This document shows, piece after piece, positions 47,491 through 51,485 of a stretch of 51,485 nucleotides of DNA. Both the position numbers and the translations under genes were made by a program. Source of the stretch: Candidatus Woesearchaeota archaeon (GTDB lineage: Archaea; Nanobdellota; Nanobdellia; Woesearchaeales; DSVV01); the NCBI GenBank assembly GCA_018303075.1, contig JAGVYW010000042.1, forward strand, positions 1-51,485, written 5' to 3'. The notes under the pieces are model-generated. The model had not been told where the DNA came from. It worked only from the letters and a program-made list of their open reading frames with translations, and did not search any database. How positions within the stretch are numbered: position 1 is the stretch's first letter; every line of letters begins with the position of its first letter.

Positions 47491-48050
47491 ATAATCATAT
47501 ATTTATCCTGCTCTTTTTTAATCTTTTGCTCTTCTATCAACTTTTCAAGGAAAAATGTTATCTGACTTTGCGGAACACCTAAAGCAAGTTCTAACTCATC
47601 AATTGTCTTTGGAGCATTTCTTAACTCTATCTTTATGAAATTCCTTAGAAGAATTGTGAGATTTTTCTTAAACAATTCATTCTCAACCTTGTATTTCTTA
47701 TAAAGCATGTCTAAGGTATGCAGTTTTGTGAGAATCTCATTAAAGAAACTTGTTACATCACGAGCCTGGAAAGCAAGCTCTTCTGGCTCAACAACTTCAA
47801 CAGAAGCAGGCATATAATCATAACAAAACCAGATTAATTTGTCTAGTTTTTCAACTTTTAATTCTAGCTCGACAAAAGTTGAATACAGCTCATCTTTAAG
47901 TATAGGCTCCTCATATTTTTCTGAAACTACTGTAATCTCTTTTTCAGTCTTTAACCTATCAATATAACCATGCAATGTTTCCATCAAATGTTCTTTAGGA
48001 TTGCCTAACATCTCAATGATTGCACGTACAATAATGGTTTGTTTTGCCAT
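47487..48050 (-). CDS. Conserved archaeal hypothetical protein with C-terminal wHTH
   Basis: IIEMLGNPKEHL, YSTFVELEL and YMPASVEVVEP, with C-terminal TIDELELALGV...FLEKLIEEQKI. Likely start MAKQ. Confidence 0.8.
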   Translation of the reverse strand: MAKQTIIVRAIIEMLGNPKEHLMETLHGYIDRLKTEKEITVVSEKYEEPILKDELYSTFVELELKVEKLDKLIWFCYDYMPASVEVVEPEELAFQARDVTSFFNEILTKLHTLDMLYKKYKVENELFKKNLTILLRNFIKIELRNAPKTIDELELALGVPQSQITFFLEKLIEEQKIKKEQDKYMII

Positions 48051-48072
48051 AGCCGTAAGAAAAATGCTTTGT

Positions 48073-48990
48073 TTAAAAAGGTAATTGTTTTTTGTAATAA
48101 CTGAAAAAAACAACTGCAATGATTATTACAAATAAAATAAGAATATAAGGTATTACTGCTGAGATCTTCTTTGTTTTTGATTGATAGATGATTGTATTGT
48201 TTTGTATTTGTAAATCTATGTCTTTTTTATCTATTGAACTATCTGTTGGTTTTATATAATTTTCAGCAGGATTAGATGGATTATTATCAATAATAACAGA
48301 CAACTTCTGCTTTTTTTCAGGCTCTGTTATCTTTTTAGTTGAAATGTTTTTTGCAGAAAGTTTTTCTTTGGGATTATTCTGCGGAAGAAATTGTTGAACA
48401 TTGTCTTTATCTTTATCAGTTAGTTTTTTTATAGCTGGTTCATTTTTTGTTTTGCTTTTTTCTGTTATTGGATTGCTGGCTACTTCATCTTTAGTGATTT
48501 TTGCGCGTAATGCTTCTGTATCTATGATTATAGGAAGCAACACAGTGATTCCGCAGCCAGATATAACAAATGTAAAACTGCTTTGAGATTGAGCTGCTTT
48601 GTTTTTCTTAATATCATCCCATGTGATAGAAATATTCAATTGGTGGGAAACTACTATATTCTTACCACGAATATGAATTGTCTGTTTTTTCTTGATTACC
48701 TTATTGTTAATATCAGCAATATAATAATAAAACGCATATTTGGTTGTATTGAATTTTGTAATGGTTGTATTTACTGCGAATGTACAATTATCAGAGATGT
48801 CATTGAATTTACAATGCTGCTGTTCTTTATTATTTATCTCTATAGTACATAAAACAGTATTGGTAATATTTTCATCAGTTTCATCAATAGCTGCAATTAC
48901 AAGGCTTGAAGAGAATATTATGCTTGAAATCATAACTAAAATAAATATAAACATTGATATAATCATTGACAGCATTATCGGCTTTTCCAT
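48073..48990 (-). CDS. Hypothetical exported protein with C-terminal TM anchor
   Basis: N-terminal hydrophobic signal, low-complexity linker, IIYQSK then TM + KK. Confidence 0.7.
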   Translation of the reverse strand: MEKPIMLSMIISMFIFILVMISSIIFSSSLVIAAIDETDENITNTVLCTIEINNKEQQHCKFNDISDNCTFAVNTTITKFNTTKYAFYYYIADINNKVIKKKQTIHIRGKNIVVSHQLNISITWDDIKKNKAAQSQSSFTFVISGCGITVLLPIIIDTEALRAKITKDEVASNPITEKSKTKNEPAIKKLTDKDKDNVQQFLPQNNPKEKLSAKNISTKKITEPEKKQKLSVIIDNNPSNPAENYIKPTDSSIDKKDIDLQIQNNTIIYQSKTKKISAVIPYILILFVIIIAVVFFSYYKKQLPF

Positions 48991-49093
48991 AAAATTATTA
49001 TGCCATTTTTCTTAAAAAGTGTTTCCTAGAAAAATAGAGAAGATTTTCGGAGCTATTGGAGAGATATCCGGAAATAATGAAAAAAAGAAGGAT

Positions 49094-49546
49094 TTATTCC
49101 AATTCTTTGTATTTTCCTTTGTATTTATCGAAATATATTGGGTGGGTTTCTATAAACTGGCGAAAACCTGGCGGCAGCTGCTCATCTTTTTCAAGATCTT
49201 TGCAAACAATTTTTGTACCATCTAGATATTTTCCTTCATTAATCCACTTTATGGTACTGTTGTATAAAGAATTGTCAGTATTCAACTCAGGTTTTACAAA
49301 CCAGCCGCCTGTTTCAATATTGCGCTTAAAGATTGCAAAATCTGAATAGATATACTCTCCACTATCTGGCGGAGGATTTGAGAAATAGATGAAACCATCT
49401 TTTATGTATTGTATTTTTTTACTAACAATATCGCATTGTTTTAAAGAAGAAGGTAATTTTGTAGTTTGTGTAGAAATGTAATTATAACCAACTACAGATA
49501 CTACAATAATTGCAATAAGCAATACTAACACAAAGATTTTTTTCAT
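49094..49546 (-). CDS. Hypothetical protein with N-terminal signal/TM
   Basis: MKKIFVLVLLIAIIVVSVVGY, AAGGTG SD. Confidence 0.7.
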   Translation of the reverse strand: MKKIFVLVLLIAIIVVSVVGYNYISTQTTKLPSSLKQCDIVSKKIQYIKDGFIYFSNPPPDSGEYIYSDFAIFKRNIETGGWFVKPELNTDNSLYNSTIKWINEGKYLDGTKIVCKDLEKDEQLPPGFRQFIETHPIYFDKYKGKYKELE

Positions 49547-49646
49547 GATTATGCACCTTAGAATTGATTGGAGTATTGATTATTTTATAAAGATTATGGA
49601 ACTATTTGCGAATTGTACTAAGAAGATTATGAGGTATCATAAAAGA

Positions 49647-49796
49647 TCATTCCTCCAAACCAAGACATTTCACTATCTCATGCTTGCATTTATTACACTG
49701 AGAAACAAAATATTCCACATCACCTGAAAAACGAGAGCCTTTGTTTTCAAGTATCCCATCACATTTCGGGCATTTCTTTTTTATTTCAAGATCCAT
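49647..49796 (-). CDS. 49-aa zinc-ribbon microprotein (below ORF-track cutoff)
   Basis: MDLEIKKKCPKCDGILENKGSRFSGDVEYFVSQCNKCKHEIVKCLGLEE*, two CxxC motifs. Confidence 0.7.
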   Translation of the reverse strand: MDLEIKKKCPKCDGILENKGSRFSGDVEYFVSQCNKCKHEIVKCLGLEE

Positions 49797-49940
49797 ATGA
49801 AATGGGAATAATCGTGTATTAATAAATATTTTGCATTATCTTAATATACATACAAAGATATTTAAATATAAAAAACTATTTATGAGATATATTTAAAAAT
49901 TGAGCATTTATTTAGAACATTTATCAAAAAAGAGGTCATT

Positions 49941-51158
49941 ATGAGCACACTAATCATCATATTACTTTGTCTGTTTTTGGCATATATATTCTCTAATCTA
50001 TGCAGACATCTAAATATACCTAGAGTAATCGGACAGATTGCAGTAGGTTTACTGCTTGGAATACCTGTTATAAAAACAATGATGTTTGATAATACTTCAC
50101 TTTCAATGATTGAAAGTTTAGCACAAATTGGGGTAATATTATTGTTCTTTTTCATTGGATTGGAGATTGATATGGGTATCTTTAAAAGAGATTTTAAGGA
50201 AGCAAGCTATATCTCCTTGTTTAATACAACACTTCCATTACTGCTTGGTTTTGTTGTGTGTAACTTTCTGCTCGGTTTTTCTGTAACTGCAAGCTTAGTT
50301 ATAGCGATATCATTATCTGTCAGCGCACAAAGTGTCAGTATTGATTTTCTTGAAGAATTACGACTATTGAAAACAAGAATAGGAAATCTTATAATTACAG
50401 GCGGAGCTGTTGATGATATCTTTGAGCTTTTGTTAATCAGTATTGTTTTTTTGTTTATTGAAGGAACAACTTCACAATATGGGTTTCTCAAGCTGATAGT
50501 TGAATTATTTATATTTACAATAATAATCCTTATCTTTAAGATATATGTTATTCCAATGATTCTTCATTCTGCAGAAAGCGAGAAATCAACTGCTACATTG
50601 TTTATGGGAGCTTTGATAATTGTATTATTAATGGCAGCATTAGCTGAATTTCTTCATGTCGGTGCATTGGTTGGAGCATTGTTTGCTGGACTGACTGTCA
50701 GAAGAATCCTATTAGATGGCAAAGATAAAAAACCATGGGAAGAACATTTGATTTCTAATACTATCCATATTATCGCATTTGGATTTCTCGTACCTATGTT
50801 TTTTATCTGGATTGGATTAACAACAGATGTTCCATCAATTATTGATAATATCTGGTTAGCAATAATATTCTTTGCAATTGCCTGTGTTGGAACAATAGGC
50901 GGCACAATACTTGGAGTAATGCGCGCAAAAGGAAGCTTTAATGAAGGATTATTAATTGGAATTGGACTAAACCCAAAAGGAGATGTTGAATTAGTACTTG
51001 CTGCGTTTGCATTGCAAGCTGGAATCATCTCAAAAGGTGTGTTTTCAGCATTGGTATTAATGGCAATTGCTACTACGCTGATTTCACCTGTTTTATTCCG
51101 CTATATAATTATGAAAGAGCATATATTAAAGAAGATTAAAGCAGGATTGAAATTGTAA
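49941..51158 (+). CDS. Cation:proton antiporter (CPA2/NapA-like)
   Basis: IPRVIGQIAVG, LFFFIGLEID, GAVDDI, GALFAGL and LNPKGDVELV motifs. Confidence 0.92.
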   Translation: MSTLIIILLCLFLAYIFSNLCRHLNIPRVIGQIAVGLLLGIPVIKTMMFDNTSLSMIESLAQIGVILLFFFIGLEIDMGIFKRDFKEASYISLFNTTLPLLLGFVVCNFLLGFSVTASLVIAISLSVSAQSVSIDFLEELRLLKTRIGNLIITGGAVDDIFELLLISIVFLFIEGTTSQYGFLKLIVELFIFTIIILIFKIYVIPMILHSAESEKSTATLFMGALIIVLLMAALAEFLHVGALVGALFAGLTVRRILLDGKDKKPWEEHLISNTIHIIAFGFLVPMFFIWIGLTTDVPSIIDNIWLAIIFFAIACVGTIGGTILGVMRAKGSFNEGLLIGIGLNPKGDVELVLAAFALQAGIISKGVFSALVLMAIATTLISPVLFRYIIMKEHILKKIKAGLKL

Positions 51159-51472
51159 AATGCTGATACCTACTAACGCTAAAAAAGTATTCTCCTGATA
51201 TTACTTTAATGTCTGGCAGTGGAAGCAAGTTTTGATGAATTTCTACAGCTATGCAGGAATCCAGCGTTTGCTGCACCTAATAAATTAATATTTAGGATGT
51301 ATGAATGTTTAATTGATAAGAAGAAGAAAGAAGAATTTAGAAAAAAGATATTTGGATAGTGTATTTGAATAAAAGATTTAAAAAATTCAGCCTGTCCCAC
51401 AATTCGTAAGATATAAATACTTGTTCTCGTCAGTAAATTGATAGTTTCTCGTCGTTAGAAGAGGTGATTATT

Positions 51473-51485
51473 GTGGCATATAAAC
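51473..51485 (+). CDS. Probable start of a gene truncated by window edge
   Basis: GAGGTGA SD at 51461-51467, then GTG GCA TAT AAA. Confidence 0.35.

Noticed and set aside
94-51028. Numerous antisense or overlapping ORFs in the six-frame track (e.g. 94-405, 12651-13136, 19476-19991, 29813-30187)
   Set aside because: They are shadows of well-supported genes on the opposite strand or in another frame, with no motifs.
51160-51400. Possible ORFs after the second antiporter (64-aa minus ORF; plus-strand VEASFDEFLQLCRNP... fragment)
   Set aside because: No convincing start or family motif. It may be a gene remnant but cannot be supported.

Overview
AT-rich archaeal chromosomal segment. PCNA, an OB-fold RPA, archaeal RNase J, a stand-alone TRAM protein, DUF131, TATA boxes and GGTGA Shine-Dalgarno sites indicate an archaeon. 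The many KK[GAS]-type pilin-like and Cys-rich surface proteins suggest DPANN/Woesearchaeota (inference). The window holds the gyrA 3' end, several toxin-antitoxin/Fic modules, tldD/tldE, two CPA2 antiporters, an RlmD-like methyltransferase, tRNA-Leu(CAA), and a de novo pyrimidine cluster (carA, carB, pyrD, pyrC-pyrE fusion, pyrF) whose pyrB(I) has collapsed to a 47-codon relic. It also holds a giant Cys-rich surface protein and a subtilase. The main finding is a co-oriented cluster (about 35.9-45.2 kb) of four class III signal-peptide (type IV pilin-like) genes plus two exported proteins. Three of these carry domains for the three peptidoglycan bond types: Amidase_3 (apparently inactive), MepA-type endopeptidase and SLT lytic transglycosylase. 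This is a candidate pilus-displayed apparatus for binding and breaching bacterial cell walls. Other signals are three genes with in-frame loss of their catalytic cores, a synonymously recoded duplicate of the tldD 3' end, and a dispersed family of covarying GA-NN-GAA-N'N'-GA hairpins. All family assignments come from motif recognition by eye, not database searches.
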